Positions 18,717 through 27,886 of a stretch of DNA of 64,000 bases are shown here, piece after piece (position 1 is the first letter of the stretch; each line of letters opens with the position of its first letter). Source of the DNA: a virus; the IMG/VR virus record IMGVR_UViG_3300042821_000035. One strand, written 5' to 3'. Below the pieces are notes generated by a model. The model was not told the origin of the DNA and did not search any database. It saw nothing but the letters and a program-made list of their open reading frames with translations. Made by a program: the position numbers and the translations under genes.

Positions 18717-18926
18717 ATGACACAGGACAGACCACGCCTGATCGACAACGACGCAGGCGAAATCACCGTCTCGATCAACGGCGCCGAGGTGCGCGGCTGG
18801 TCGTATCAGAACGACAGCGAGCGGCGGCTCAAGATGCTGGTCGCTCGCGAATTCGTCGAGGGCTGGTACGAGGGCTATTCCTCCGGGCTCAAGCGCGCCG
18901 GTGACATGCTGGAGGAGCGAGCATGA
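18717..18926 (+). CDS. Hypothetical early protein
   Basis: AAAGGAGCAA RBS before ATG 18717. Confidence 0.7.
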   Translation: MTQDRPRLIDNDAGEITVSINGAEVRGWSYQNDSERRLKMLVAREFVEGWYEGYSSGLKRAGDMLEERA

Positions 18927-19247
18927 CCGGACCCATGACCCATCGCTGCCAGCGCTGCCCGCGCGTCACCGAACTCTACTACTGCCGCGCCGTCGATGAG
19001 TATCTCTGCGAGGAATGCATCGAGGCCTTCGAGGGAGAAGGCGAGAAAGAAAACGACGACGAATAATTATTTTCGCCGACGGCGCCGCTATACTGTCGGC
19101 GTTTACGATCACGAGGCGCGCGGTTCACGCGCGTCTCACCCTATGTTTTTCCCGTGTCAAGTTTTCGAAATCGCAACAGCTGCTGCTTGTATAGCAGCGG
19201 ATGCTGCACGCTGATCGCAACGTTCTGCGATTTGGCGGAAGTGCGTT

Positions 19248-19256
19248 TGCTATACT
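19248..19256 (+). promoter_or_regulatory. Candidate extended -10 element TGCTATACT
   Basis: TGn-TATACT 30 nt upstream of 19286; GCTATACTGT also at 19087; no clear -35. Confidence 0.4.
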
Positions 19257-19285
19257 GTGCCCATCGTCAACCAAAGGAGCCAACC

Positions 19286-19834
19286 ATGGCACGAAAGAAG
19301 AAAGAGACCATCGAGCAACTCGACGCGAGCATCGCGCGATGGAAGACCCGGCTACGGCGAGCGGTCAACACGCTCGGCACGCTGGAGAAGCGACGCAAGC
19401 GACTGGCGGCCAAGGTCCCGGCCTCCACGCTGGTGGCTGCGGTCAAGGGCCACATCGAGCGGAGCAAGCGCCCGCGTGCCCATGCTGCCCTCGCTGACTT
19501 CGGCGCCACGCTCGGCCCGGCGATCAGGGAGGCTGCCGAGGATGCCGGTATGCCCTTGGTCAAGGTCACCTCGCACCCGGTCACCAACCCGAACGATGTC
19601 AAGCTGACGTTCGAGCCGGTGCCTGATATCCCCGACTTTCTGAAGCGGGCAAAGGAGGCGGCCGCCGATGAGATGATCGACGCCGCAGCCGAGGCAATCC
19701 GCGAGGAGCAGGCCGCCACCAAGAAGGCCAAGGCGGCCGGGCGCATCGCCAAGATGAAGGCAAAGAAGAGTGGAGAAACCAAAAGAATGCCGGTCAGCGG
19801 CAAAGCAGCACTGGACCTGATCCGCAACGGCTGA
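19286..19834 (+). CDS. Hypothetical basic/coiled-coil protein
   Basis: AAAGGAGCC RBS; followed by a terminator-like hairpin. Confidence 0.75.
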   Translation: MARKKKETIEQLDASIARWKTRLRRAVNTLGTLEKRRKRLAAKVPASTLVAAVKGHIERSKRPRAHAALADFGATLGPAIREAAEDAGMPLVKVTSHPVTNPNDVKLTFEPVPDIPDFLKRAKEAAADEMIDAAAEAIREEQAATKKAKAAGRIAKMKAKKSGETKRMPVSGKAALDLIRNG

Positions 19835-19846
19835 CATTAAACTCAG

Positions 19847-19880
19847 CCCGGCAGCAATCCCGCTGCCGGGTTTTTCTTTT
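19847..19880 (+). terminator. Hairpin CCCGGCAGC-AATCCC-GCTGCCGGG + T-run
   Basis: 9-bp stem followed by TTTTTCTTTT. Confidence 0.75.
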
Positions 19881-19894
19881 CAAAGGGAGCAAAC

Positions 19895-20134
19895 ATGAGC
19901 AGCGACTACGACGCCGGGCGCAAGGCCGGGCGGGACGAACTACGCAGGGACCTGCAGCCGCTGGTCACTGCCGTGCAGGATACCTTGCTGATGTTCGAGG
20001 ACATCCGCCGGGCCCGCCAGCTGCCGCCCTACGGCAACGTGGTGGAGCAATACATCGCCATGGGCAAGCAGCTGCGGCGCCTGCTCGACGCCTCCGGGCT
20101 CAAGATGGTGCACGAGCAGGAGCACCTGCCGTGA
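19895..20134 (+). CDS. Hypothetical protein (79 aa)
   Basis: GGGAGC RBS. Confidence 0.65.
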   Translation: MSSDYDAGRKAGRDELRRDLQPLVTAVQDTLLMFEDIRRARQLPPYGNVVEQYIAMGKQLRRLLDASGLKMVHEQEHLP

Positions 20135-20490
20135 CCCCGACCGAGATGGCCCGGACCATCCTGACCAGCATCGAGACCGCGAGGGCCGTCATGGAAGACG
20201 GCCCGACCGGCTACGTGCTGCACACCTGCGACTTTACCCAGTTCATCTGCAGACGCGGGGCGGTGCTGCGGCTTGACACGCCGTTGTCAGACGATGTCGC
20301 GGTTCTGACGCATGCCTCGGCGACTGTGACGCGGCGCTTCTGGAATACAGGCGCCGACGACGTGTACCACCCGAGGCTCTGCATCTCGCTGCGACGCGAG
20401 GCGCTGGTCTCCTACTGCGACCGGCAGCAACTCCTGCTCGATACCCTGATCGAGATGGGCGCGCTGCCGCAGCAAGAAAGTGCGGCCTGA
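20131..20490 (+). CDS. Hypothetical protein (119 aa)
   Basis: Coupled GTG start. Confidence 0.6.
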   Translation: MTPTEMARTILTSIETARAVMEDGPTGYVLHTCDFTQFICRRGAVLRLDTPLSDDVAVLTHASATVTRRFWNTGADDVYHPRLCISLRREALVSYCDRQQLLLDTLIEMGALPQQESAA

Positions 20491-20603
20491 TGCCATGTTA
20501 CCCGAGGATATATGGCTGATGTCGTTGGCGGCGCTGTTTGCCGCCATCGTCATCGTGACGCTGTTTCTGTTGAACTACTACTGACCAAAGGAGCAAGCCT
20601 GCA

Positions 20604-20789
20604 ATGAACGACCAAGACATGACTGCGCTCGTGGCGTGGCTTCGGCAACGCAAACGAGGGCAGCAACCCGCGTCACAGATCACCATGATGGTGATCGAGT
20701 ATGCGGAGAGCATCGGCATCACGATCACCGATCAGGATGCCGTCGATCTGTTTCACTTCATCAACCACCAAAGGAGCATCCTGCAATGA
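20604..20789 (+). CDS. Hypothetical protein (61 aa)
   Basis: AAAGGAGCAA RBS. Confidence 0.6.
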   Translation: MNDQDMTALVAWLRQRKRGQQPASQITMMVIEYAESIGITITDQDAVDLFHFINHQRSILQ

Positions 20790-21178
20790 CTGAGCTATTA
20801 AAATTCATAGTGTTCTGCCACGTCGTCAACAACGCACCGTCCGGCTTCGACTTCAAAGACTTCCTGAAGGGGCTGTTCAAGATCGCGGTGTTTCTGTTTC
20901 TGGTTTCCGTTGCCATCGGCTTTGGCTGCTTTATGGCCGAACAAATCTTCGGCCCGCAGATATGGGGCAACAAGGCACACGGCCAGACCATCAACCGCAC
21001 CTATCAGGACAACATGGGGCGCAACACCGGCCGCTCCTCCACCGACACGCGAGGCAACACTACGTTCTACAATGAGCGCGGCCAGAACACCGGCCGGTCG
21101 AGTACGTCAAACGGCACGACCACCTTCTACAACGAGCGCGGCCAACAGACCGGCGCCACTAAGGAGCAGCGCAAATGA
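20786..21178 (+). CDS. Membrane-anchored protein with repeated TTFYNERGQxTG motifs
   Basis: One hydrophobic segment, then 2-3 tandem repeats; AAAGGAGCAT RBS. Confidence 0.65.
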   Translation: MTELLKFIVFCHVVNNAPSGFDFKDFLKGLFKIAVFLFLVSVAIGFGCFMAEQIFGPQIWGNKAHGQTINRTYQDNMGRNTGRSSTDTRGNTTFYNERGQNTGRSSTSNGTTTFYNERGQQTGATKEQRK

Positions 21179-21399
21179 TTAAGATGAGGTGGCTCGTCAC
21201 GGAAGGCGACCCAAGAGTTCACATCTTTCTAAACGACGATGACGGCAACGAGAAAGGAAAAATCATATTAACCCGAGATCGTCTGTGCACGATGCTGGTC
21301 GCGATTGACCAGCACAACCCGCCAAAGGACACGCCGCAGGTTCATCATTTCTTGGACGATGAGCCGCAACAGGAGGGAGCACCGCGAGATGACAAGTGA
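21175..21399 (+). CDS. Hypothetical protein (74 aa)
   Basis: Coupled ORF with GGAG RBS. Confidence 0.6.
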   Translation: MIKMRWLVTEGDPRVHIFLNDDDGNEKGKIILTRDRLCTMLVAIDQHNPPKDTPQVHHFLDDEPQQEGAPRDDK

Positions 21400-21691
21400 A
21401 AAAATGCAGGAGCGTATCCTGCTTGACCTTGCCAAGCTGACGGTTGATCGCGTCCGCAAGCAGGTGGTGCTGGTCACTCAGGTGCTGGAAGACGAAACCG
21501 ACACCGCCGCGATCATGCTGGCCGTCGCCTCCGACATGATCGCAGGCGCGGCCTATCACATCGACATGAGCGAGGAGGACATCACAGAAGAGCAGGCCAT
21601 CTGCCGGGTCTTCGACGCCATCCTCGGCACCCTCAACGCGAGGGACAAGGCCGCCGTCCGCAAACTCATCATAAGGGAGAAATCAAAATGA
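21389..21691 (+). CDS. Hypothetical protein (100 aa)
   Basis: GGAG RBS before ATG 21389. Confidence 0.6.
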   Translation: MTSEKMQERILLDLAKLTVDRVRKQVVLVTQVLEDETDTAAIMLAVASDMIAGAAYHIDMSEEDITEEQAICRVFDAILGTLNARDKAAVRKLIIREKSK

Positions 21692-21984
21692 TCTGGCGCC
21701 TCTTGGTATCGGTGCTGGCGATCACTGACACCGGCGGCATTGCCGTCACGTCCGAGAATTCGAACTGGCCCAGCGAAGATCAATGCCAGTGGGTGTTGCG
21801 CAGTTTCTACCAGAACCCTCCGTCGCAGGAGATCGGCGGACACCGCGTCACCATGAAGGTCTCGGGAAGCTGTGTCCCGGTGGACTTCGGTCCAGCTGGC
21901 GCCGCGCTCGCCAATGGCGGATACATCCGTGTCCCGCCTGAGCTTAACCAAGGCCGCTACGGTGGCCCACCCTTCACGAGGTAA
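21688..21984 (+). CDS. Putative secreted protein (98 aa)
   Basis: N-terminal hydrophobic signal-like segment; two Cys. Confidence 0.55.
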   Translation: MIWRLLVSVLAITDTGGIAVTSENSNWPSEDQCQWVLRSFYQNPPSQEIGGHRVTMKVSGSCVPVDFGPAGAALANGGYIRVPPELNQGRYGGPPFTR

Positions 21985-21996
21985 GAGGAATGCACA

Positions 21997-22212
21997 ATGA
22001 CCGGCAACGAATACCGAGCAGCGATCCGCAGACTCGGCCTGTCTCAGGCTGGCGCCGCAAGGCTTCTCGGTGTCAACGAGACCACGTCACGGCGCTGGAT
22101 CAAGGACAAGCACCCGATCCCGATCAGCGCTGACTTGCTGTTGCGGGTGATGGTGGCGCACCGCATCACGCCTGAAAACGTCATGCTGCTCAGCACCAAA
22201 AAACTGAAATGA
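21997..22212 (+). CDS. XRE-family helix-turn-helix protein
   Basis: LGLSQAGAARLLGVNETTSRRW HTH pattern. Confidence 0.8.
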   Translation: MTGNEYRAAIRRLGLSQAGAARLLGVNETTSRRWIKDKHPIPISADLLLRVMVAHRITPENVMLLSTKKLK

Positions 22213-22255
22213 AAAAGGCCCCGTCTGTCAGCAATGACAGGCGGGGCCTTTTTTT
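22212..22255. terminator. Bidirectional intrinsic terminator
   Basis: AAAAAGGCCCCGTCTGTCA-GCAA-TGACAGGCGGGGCCTTTTTTT at the convergence of + and - operons. Confidence 0.9.
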
Positions 22256-22286
22256 GTGTCCAAATCCCCTAGCTAGAGATTCGTTC

Positions 22287-22460
22287 TTAGCCGCCCTGCT
22301 TCGGTTCGTCCAGCTGTGCTTCCTGCGACAACTGGTCTGCCTGCTGCTCGGCTTCGGTGAGCGCCTGATCCATCTGCTGCTCGTTGCCGCGCGCGTCCCT
22401 GATCTTGCCGATGGTCTGCCTGAGCTTCTGGATTTTCTGCGCCGTTTCCCTGATGTTCAT
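22287..22460 (-). CDS. Small coiled-coil protein (57 aa)
   Basis: Hand-translated MNIRETAQKIQKLRQ...KQGG*, with GGAGG RBS. Confidence 0.55.
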   Translation of the reverse strand: MNIRETAQKIQKLRQTIGKIRDARGNEQQMDQALTEAEQQADQLSQEAQLDEPKQGG

Positions 22461-22644
22461 TTTGTTGTTTCCTCCGGGTGACGCCTGACAGGATGTTGTC
22501 AGGCGTGAGATACGCAGACGGGCGACAGGCTTTCACCTGCCGCCCGCCCGGTCCAATGCTCAAGGTCGAGTAAAGGAGCAAACCTCACCGAGCCTCATCA
22601 CCGCCGAGGCGGTGGCGCATGGAAGCGCAGAACATAGACACCTA

Positions 22645-22857
22645 TCAGTGCTCCGGCAACCCCGGCAGCTTCTTGATCGAGATGGAAAGCAAATCCCCCG
22701 ACTGGATCGCTGGCCGCTCGGTGCCAACCCAGAGCGATAACCCGAGCCGCTTGATCACCAGCCACCATCCGCTCGACCGTTCTTCGACTGTGGTCGCCAC
22801 CTCTTCGAACTCAAACCGACTCTCTGGTCTCTCCGCTAAACTCATGGTGGGCTCCAT
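22645..22857 (-). CDS. Hypothetical protein (~70 aa)
   Basis: ORF in operon orientation. Confidence 0.5.
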   Translation of the reverse strand: MEPTMSLAERPESRFEFEEVATTVEERSSGWWLVIKRLGLSLWVGTERPAIQSGDLLSISIKKLPGLPEH

Positions 22858-23059
22858 TATTGCTTCTGCTGTTTGCCTCCTCCCGCGCCCGCTCCAACGT
22901 ATGCAGCACCGCGACCATCACCGAGGTCTTGGTGGTTGCGTCGTCCTTCGTCATCCGACCTTGATCAATCATGCGCAAGTATGTCCGCCTGCGCATCTCA
23001 ATCTCCCGGCGGACCTCGGCTATCTGATCCGGCAGCGTTGCCATATGAGTTACACTCAT
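22811..23059 (-). CDS. Hypothetical phage protein (~82 aa)
   Basis: RBS upstream; QIAEVRREIEMRRRTY motif typical of small phage proteins. Confidence 0.6.
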   Translation of the reverse strand: MSVTHMATLPDQIAEVRREIEMRRRTYLRMIDQGRMTKDDATTKTSVMVAVLHTLERAREEANSRSNNGAHHEFSGETRESV

Positions 23060-23247
23060 TGTTGCTCTTCCTTTTCATAAAACCCTCCATTCAACCAAGG
23101 TGCAATTAACTCCCGAACGCATTTCGTGCGTCACCCGATACAGCGCGATCTGACGATCATACGTCGCCTCTAATTGCTGCCGCTCGTGCTCGATGTCGTC
23201 GTCTCGAACTGACGTAGTGAACCAGAGCGAGGTCTTCTCCAGTAGTT

Positions 23248-24831
23248 CTATCGGCTCCACTGACTGGTCCAATTCACATTCTCCTTCGCTTTGGCTTTGG
23301 CGTATGCAATCTGCCGAGACTTGATCCAGCTCAACGTATCGGGCGATGGCGGCAGCGGAATGACCTCGCCCACCGCTGGCCAAACCCCGAAGCGCTCGCG
23401 GTACTGGTTCGAGGCCCAGCCCTTCTGATAGCCCTGTCGGCGCCCGTAGAACTGTAGCTCGGCAAGGAAGATGCGTTTCTCCTCCATGCTCCAAAGAACC
23501 GGCGGCACCGGCTTCGGCTTCGGCGGCGGCTTCAGCGCGCGAAGCTCGCCAGCGTCCGGCTTGATCTTGCTGACCGCCTGCGCCACGAAGCCGCAGCCCG
23601 GACACTGCGCCATCTTCGGTGGCTTCAGGTAGGCGCACTTCGGGCATTCCTTGGGCAGCCGGATGCCCTCGGTGCGGTTCTCGTGCTCCGGTGTCTTGCC
23701 CTTGCGCAGCCCGGTGTAACTCTCATCAATGTCGGTCACGAAGCCGAGCCGCATGTGGTTGTCGCTGTGATCGAGGATCAGGCAGTCGTCCTTGCCCGGA
23801 GCATTGCGCAGGCCGCGCCCGATGATCTGGGTGAACAACATGTCGGAGCGCGTTGGCCTGCACATCACGATGCAGCGCACATCCCAGTCAATGCCGGTGG
23901 TCAGTGTGCCGACGTTGCACACCACCTGATATTCACCGTTGTGGAATTTCTCCCTGACCGCCTTGCGGCCCTCGACCAACTCGCGACCGATGATGATGCC
24001 GTCCTTGTCCTTCAGCTTGCGCCATTTGCTGGCGTCTGGCGTGTCGCCGTCCTGATAGCCGCACTTCACCCCGGCAGCGATGAACTGTTGCTGCAGTGCC
24101 TTGGCATGCAGCCGGTCAACGCCATAGCACAGCGTCGGCCGTCCCTCGCCCAGCTGCAGCCACGTCTGCACCGCGTCACCGGTCAGCCGCGAGGTGTTCA
24201 TGCGCGCGGCCAATTGCTTCTCGTTGTAGTCGCCTGCCGTCATCTTGATGCCTGACAGGTCAGGGTGCGTCGGCGCATAGACCCGGAACGGCGACAGGTG
24301 CCCGGCGTCGATCATGCCTTGCGTGGTCGAGGCCTTATGGAAGTGGTCGAACCAGTCACCGAGCCCCTTGGTCCACGGCGTCGCGGAGAGACCGATGAAC
24401 GGCACGTTGGCCCATTCCGGCTTCCAGAAATCCTTGGTGCCTACCCAGCGCTCGTAAAACTTGAACCAGATGTGGCACTCGTCGATCAGCACCACGTCGG
24501 CCTTTGGAATCTGCCGCTTCATCAGTGTTTGTACACTAGCGATCTGGACCGGCTGCACCCAATCGTAATTCGGGTTGTCGGCTTGGATCACGCCGACCTC
24601 GGTGATGCCTTGGCTGGCGAACATCGCCATGGTCTGGTCGATCAGGTCGAGCGCTGGCACCGTGAACAGCACACGCTTCTTGCGTTGCAATGCGCTGTTC
24701 ACCAGTGCGGCAGCCAGCACCGTCTTGCCGAAGCCGGTTGAGGCCTGCATGCAGATGCGACGGCGCCCCTCCTTGACCGCGTCGCGTAACGCCTCCAGCG
24801 CATCTTGCTGGTCGTCTCTCAATGTCTTCAT
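23248..24831 (-). CDS. SF2 DEAD/DEAH-box helicase (RadD/YejH-like) with C-terminal zinc finger
   Basis: STGFGKT, DECH, GLSATP, QIIGRGLR; CPKC...CPGC. Confidence 0.93.
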   Translation of the reverse strand: MKTLRDDQQDALEALRDAVKEGRRRICMQASTGFGKTVLAAALVNSALQRKKRVLFTVPALDLIDQTMAMFASQGITEVGVIQADNPNYDWVQPVQIASVQTLMKRQIPKADVVLIDECHIWFKFYERWVGTKDFWKPEWANVPFIGLSATPWTKGLGDWFDHFHKASTTQGMIDAGHLSPFRVYAPTHPDLSGIKMTAGDYNEKQLAARMNTSRLTGDAVQTWLQLGEGRPTLCYGVDRLHAKALQQQFIAAGVKCGYQDGDTPDASKWRKLKDKDGIIIGRELVEGRKAVREKFHNGEYQVVCNVGTLTTGIDWDVRCIVMCRPTRSDMLFTQIIGRGLRNAPGKDDCLILDHSDNHMRLGFVTDIDESYTGLRKGKTPEHENRTEGIRLPKECPKCAYLKPPKMAQCPGCGFVAQAVSKIKPDAGELRALKPPPKPKPVPPVLWSMEEKRIFLAELQFYGRRQGYQKGWASNQYRERFGVWPAVGEVIPLPPSPDTLSWIKSRQIAYAKAKAKENVNWTSQWSR

Positions 24832-24861
24832 CGTTTTGCTCCTTTTTTTAGCCCGGCTAAA

Positions 24862-25089
24862 TCAGCCGACTCCCATCGCCCAGTCTTCTGTCAGCATGTC
24901 CTCCTGCGTTGGCGTCCACGGCACACAGACGCCGCTGTCCATCTCACCCGACTGTTGATAGATGAAGGGCCGCGTCATCTTGGAATGGTCGTCCGGCTTC
25001 TGAATCATCAGGAAGATGCCGCGCGCCCATGACTGGCGATACACGCTGTCGCCACCCTTCATCGTGTGAATTGCACCACCGAAATCCAT
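24862..25089 (-). CDS. DUF2829-family protein (Tad2-like)
   Basis: MDFGGAIHTMKGGDSVYRQSW...PWTPTQEDMLTEDW; start at ATG 25089 coupled to the upstream stop. Confidence 0.75.
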   Translation of the reverse strand: MDFGGAIHTMKGGDSVYRQSWARGIFLMIQKPDDHSKMTRPFIYQQSGEMDSGVCVPWTPTQEDMLTEDWAMGVG

Positions 25090-25313
25090 CACCTCAACTC
25101 CTTTTTGATCTCTTCGGAAAATTTCAACATCATCGGCCGCACCGCCTTCTTGTCCTCGGGCGTCATCTGCTGAACCGCGTGAGCGATGCACCAGAGACAC
25201 GAGAACACCGCATCGGGGAGCCGCTCCCGCTGCAGCACGTCACCGATACGCTCGGACAATTCTCGCAGGTACTTCGCTCGATCAGCGGCGTAGCTTACTG
25301 GATCATCCGGCAT
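25089..25313 (-). CDS. Hypothetical protein (74 aa)
   Basis: Coupled ORF starting MPDDPVSY. Confidence 0.55.
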   Translation of the reverse strand: MPDDPVSYAADRAKYLRELSERIGDVLQRERLPDAVFSCLWCIAHAVQQMTPEDKKAVRPMMLKFSEEIKKELR

Positions 25314-25569
25314 CGGCCATCTCCTCGATCTGGACCGTGAGCGTTGGCTCTGCGGTGCGAGCGACCTTGCCAACGGCGTCAGGGATGGCGCCGACAACCC
25401 ACATCAAATTTGACTCGCGAATCCACGCTACCGCCGTGTCGGCGCCGATCAAATTGGCCTTCAGGGCAATGCCGATGGTCTCAAGATCGGCGTTCATCAC
25501 CCGGCAACGCAGCGCTCCGGCGCGCAGGGCCTGCAGTAAAAACTCGCGGTGGGATTCCTCCTCATCCAT
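25303..25569 (-). CDS. Hypothetical protein (88 aa)
   Basis: AAAGGAGCAA RBS on the minus strand. Confidence 0.7.
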   Translation of the reverse strand: MDEEESHREFLLQALRAGALRCRVMNADLETIGIALKANLIGADTAVAWIRESNLMWVVGAIPDAVGKVARTAEPTLTVQIEEMADAG

Positions 25570-25706
25570 TTCGTTTGCTCCTTTGCTTCCGCTTCTTGTG
25601 CTCCTTCATCTTCTCGGCCATCCAGCTTCGCTGCTTGATGCCCCATGCTGGACGGCAGGCCTCGCACATCGTTGACCAACCGATCTGGTTGGTATCGACC
25701 TCGTGC

Positions 25707-25952
25707 TCAACATCGCACTTCGTGCATCGCATGACGGTCAAGACGCGGCTCCTTTCGCTGCAGGCACATCCAGCAAATCTCCTTGCCGTCGTTGCTCTCG
25801 CGGAGGGAGTAGCGGGATAATTTTAGCCCACCGGTCGATGCCATTCGGCAAAGCGTGTCTCCGTCATTCCAGTAGTGGGCCTTTGGTTTTAATCCTCGCT
25901 TCCTGACGAGAAATTGTTCGCTCACGGTGTGCTCCTTTTGGTTGTGGGCCAT
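25707..25952 (-). CDS. Small Cys/His-containing protein (start probably GTG ~25928)
   Basis: AAAAGGAGCAC RBS before a GTG; H...C...C..C pattern. Confidence 0.5.
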   Translation of the reverse strand: MAHNQKEHTVSEQFLVRKRGLKPKAHYWNDGDTLCRMASTGGLKLSRYSLRESNDGKEICWMCLQRKEPRLDRHAMHEVRC

Positions 25953-26666
25953 CAGACTCTTTCAACAACTACTACTGTCTTCTTTTTCCTTACTTCCTTC
26001 ACTGGTAGCCTCTGGCTAAGGTTTCCCCCACTTACTCCCCACAGTAGCGAATCCCAGTGTTCGCCATTGCTCCCGCAGACCGCTGAGAAACCCAGCGGAG
26101 AGAACAGGACTCAAGGAGCAGGTGGGGAAAACTGCGCTGTACACGCGCCGCTCGTCCGGGCTCATTGCAACCACCAATCGCGCACCCGGACCGGCAATGA
26201 ATGCCGCTCCCATCACGTTGATGACCGGAACTTTGTTTTGGCTGGGGGCTTGAAGGCGCTGTGCTTGACCATTATGGTTCGCACAGGCGATCCAGCCTTT
26301 GCTCTGAACAAAGGTGTCGGATTATGAGGGTCAAGGCTCGTGTTGCGCAGCCTTGGCCCTCGCTGTTTTCAGGATGGGCCGCGAGCATCGCCGCCGTCAA
26401 ACTGAATCTGACTCCGTCCCCCAAAAAAAATGTCCGCTACCCGACACTGGAATCGCTTGCCACAAAATCTCGTGGCAGGTCACGCGAGGCCTACGATATT
26501 TTGGGGAAGCATTTCTGTCTTAGTCGCGCAGCTAAATCTCACTTTCAAATTACACGCGCGTGTCACACAGAATCTGTGAATTCTTCGCAGTGCAACTGGA
26601 CAAGTGATTCGCGCGTTGGTTAAAGGCGGACACTAACCCCCCACCCTTAATGTCCAACCAAAGGAG

Positions 26667-26927
26667 TTGTTGATGACGGACGCGACCCAGAGCAACACCA
26701 ACCACACCCTTGACCGGCGCCGGGAAGAAAAAGCCGTCGAGCATCTGGTGCAGGATGGCGCCACCCGGTTCACCGAACTGGCCACGGCGCAGATGGAAGT
26801 CTGGCAGCGCCAGATGGCACTGGGAAATCAGATCGTTTCCTACTGGCACGACGCATTCAATATCGGTCAGCAGTCGCTCACGCGCCTGATCGACAACGCT
26901 CAGCAGCAGACGCGCAAGGCATCTTGA
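26667..26927 (+). CDS. Helical hypothetical protein oriented against the operon
   Basis: AAGGAG RBS; Gln/Ala-rich amphipathic sequence. Confidence 0.6.
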   Translation: MLMTDATQSNTNHTLDRRREEKAVEHLVQDGATRFTELATAQMEVWQRQMALGNQIVSYWHDAFNIGQQSLTRLIDNAQQQTRKAS

Positions 26928-26978
26928 TCTTCTGTTGACTGAAGCAGGACCGGCGGCCTTCGAGAATTCAGCCCCCTA

Positions 26979-27539
26979 TTACCCTTCGAAGGTTGTCGGT
27001 CCGCGCTTCGGATAAAACAGCGGCGTTGATCTCGCCGCGATCTGCGGATCGAGCCAGCAACATTGATAATCCCACAGCGCGCAGGCATCGCTCTCGTCGG
27101 TGGTGCCACACATCCAGCCCATCGCCTGACAGCGCTCCAGCACCATCGGCTTGGCAATCGAGGCGCGCAGGTTCTGGCCGATGAAGTGACAGCGCACCTG
27201 TGACGCCGTGGCTTCGCGCAGATCGCATCTGCCGTGGGCCCACTCCTCCAGATGCTCAGCCAGTCCCATCAACAACCGCGTGGTGTCGATGTTGGTTTTG
27301 CCGCCCATGTGCATGCTGAGCGCCGGTGACTCATAGACGATCAAGTCCGGCATCTCACCGCGTTTGCCCCACGTGATATCGAGCCAATTGCGAAAGGCGC
27401 GATAGGTCTCGGCGCGCGAGGAGCCCTTCTTGGTGAAGCGCAGGTGGCCGAACTCCGGCAGGTGACCGGGAGCACCGAACGCCCAGCCGGTTGTCGTTGC
27501 GAGATCGAGCGCTAGTACCGTGCCGGTGAAGGTTCTCAT
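26979..27539 (-). CDS. RuvC-like Holliday junction resolvase
   Basis: LALDLATTTGWA (catalytic D), IVYESP (E), DESDACAL (D..D); start ATG 27539. Confidence 0.85.
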   Translation of the reverse strand: MRTFTGTVLALDLATTTGWAFGAPGHLPEFGHLRFTKKGSSRAETYRAFRNWLDITWGKRGEMPDLIVYESPALSMHMGGKTNIDTTRLLMGLAEHLEEWAHGRCDLREATASQVRCHFIGQNLRASIAKPMVLERCQAMGWMCGTTDESDACALWDYQCCWLDPQIAARSTPLFYPKRGPTTFEG

Positions 27540-27886
27540 GGCTTTGGCAACGGCGCCGTCAGCACAACATAAACGTCGGTCTCCCTGCCGTGGCTTGGCA
27601 ACGTCTTCATGTGCTTCCGCTTGCCGTTCTCTATGATGCGCCGCTGCTTGATCGCTTCCATGATCATGGCGCCCCATGCGTTGTGATGGTGCGGCTTTTC
27701 GAGACCTTTCATTCGCAGCCTGATCCTGATGTCCTCGGCGGTGCCCTCGAAGCCGGGGATCAGATGCAGCGCCATCAGCGCGCGACGCTGCCAGTTGCCG
27801 CCGTGCTCGGTGACACGGCGCAGCGCCTCATCGCGGAGCTTCTTGGTGTCCTCGGGATCACCGTCGAATAAATCATCCATCCGCAA
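27536..27886 (-). CDS. Hypothetical phage protein
   Basis: Coupled ORF. Confidence 0.6.
   Translation of the reverse strand: MRMDDLFDGDPEDTKKLRDEALRRVTEHGGNWQRRALMALHLIPGFEGTAEDIRIRLRMKGLEKPHHHNAWGAMIMEAIKQRRIIENGKRKHMKTLPSHGRETDVYVVLTAPLPKP

Noticed and set aside
21997-22212. XRE protein as the CI immunity repressor
   Set aside because: 71 aa HTH only, last gene of an early operon, not divergent from cro; a repressor role is unsupported
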